Origin: Candidatus Methylomirabilia bacterium
GTDB taxonomy: Bacteria; Methylomirabilota; Methylomirabilia; Rokubacteriales; CSP1-6
Direction: 5' to 3'
DNA length: 55,479 nt
Assembly: GCA_041492755.1 (NCBI GenBank)
Contig: JBGPXN010000007.1
Location: forward strand, 1-55,479
The position numbers and the translations under genes were made by a program. The notes beneath the pieces were generated by a model, which was not told the DNA's origin, made no database searches, and saw only the letters and a program-made list of their open reading frames with translations. Shown in pieces: positions 54,720 through 55,479 of this stretch (positions are counted from its first letter, which is position 1; every line of letters starts with the position of its first letter).

Positions 54720-54764
54720 AGCCTAATCGACGTCACCCGGCCGGCGTAGCGGACCTTGGTTCAA
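54720..54764 (-). promoter_or_regulatory. Palindromic box + -10 promoter (copy 5)
   Basis: TTGAACCAAGGTCCGC...GTCGAT-TAGGCT. Confidence 0.6.
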
Positions 54765-54980
54765 GCCGAGCCCTTCCGGACCGCGGCACCGTACTTGCGC
54801 GCCATGATTCAGCGATGTGTCCGCGGCTGGACCGCCGGCGGGAATTCGAGCGCTTTATCGACGGCCACCGGGAATGTGGCAACCTGACGATCGATGCACC
54901 GGTTTGCGATTCCGCAACCGGCTTCCTGATCGGACTCGGGTGCACATGCGCCTGGTCCCCAACCTCGAACTGAGCGCCGT

Positions 54981-55202
54981 CTACCGGGAATCGCGCTTGG
55001 CTTGCCGGCGCTGGCCTCGCGCCTGGGTGTGGGCCTGGATGGCCCGGGCGCCGGTCTTGGCGAACTGCCGGGCGTTCTGCGTCCCGCGGGCCGCCGAACC
55101 GGCGGCCTTCTGGCGCTGGGTGCTGCGAGCGGCGGCCTGCTGGCCGGCGGCTTCCCGCTCCGGCGACGTCGTTCGGATCGAAGCCTTCTTGCTGATCGCC
55201 AT
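54981..55202 (-). CDS. Small basic hypothetical protein
   Basis: 73 aa, Ala/Arg/Gln-rich; TAAGGAG RBS. Confidence 0.6.
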   Translation of the reverse strand: MAISKKASIRTTSPEREAAGQQAAARSTQRQKAAGSAARGTQNARQFAKTGARAIQAHTQARGQRRQAKRDSR

Positions 55203-55278
55203 CTCTGATCTCCTTATCTAATAGGCACTCGCCGAAGAGTCCCTCCGCATCGTTGGCCCCACCGTCGGCGGTTGTCGG

Positions 55279-55476
55279 TCAACGGACGTCGCGAAGCGCT
55301 TCGACGCGATCATCGGTGGCGGGATGCGTCGCGAAGAACCCGCCGCCGTTCGTGCCTTCGATCTGGGTGAGCCACCTCAGCGTGTTCGCTATCGTCTCTA
55401 CCGGATATCCGGCCCGCTTGAGGATGTCGACCCCGTGACGGTCCGCCGCGTACTCCTCGTTGCGGCTGTCGGCCCT
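55279..55476 (-). pseudogene. C-terminal fragment of an M48-family metalloprotease
   Basis: SRNEEYAADRHGVDIL...GGGFFATHPATDDRV. The in-frame codon at the window edge (55477-55479) is TGA. Confidence 0.6.
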
Positions 55477-55479
55477 TCA

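Noticed and set aside
51837..54764. Integron attC cassette array
   Set aside because: No RYYYAAC...GTTRRRY boundaries or integrase; motifs lie upstream of genes with fixed spacing to -10 boxes.
54815..54973. Small Cys/His-containing ORF (FIDGHRECG...GCTC)
   Set aside because: Too short, with no clear RBS or recognisable family, to support as a feature.

Overview
High-GC bacterial chromosomal window, mostly core metabolism. Gene content and repeat style suggest a Rokubacteria/Methylomirabilota-like lineage (inference only). Left to right: a RACo/ASKHA corrinoid activator divergent from a GatC-like small protein + amidase + PCP_red-domain + Smr operon; a methyltransferase cluster containing a cryptic AhpD/CMD-family selenoprotein (CxxU with a SECIS-like hairpin) that the ORF track splits; pdxR-pdxS-pdxT-paiB; an oxalate-oxidoreductase-like (YPIRP) three-subunit OFOR with a TctCBA transporter, TerC and a FadR regulator; a Leu/Ile/Val attenuator upstream of ppdK, then ilvBNC-psd-pssA-leuA-leuB-truA; a decayed DUF222/HNH and IS-end scar; fdhD; a hem operon interrupted by an Rrf2-cysK-CysO-JAMM cassette; alternative complex III (actABCDEF); moeA and cpoB. 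The right end is an accessory stress region (desaturase, SOD, GlsB/YeaQ/YmgE, MlaC) where five promoters share one palindromic box at identical spacing from a -10 element. Two families of intergenic palindromic repeats are scattered through the window. No rRNA, tRNA or CRISPR array was recognised. All family calls come from motif recognition by eye; no searches were run.
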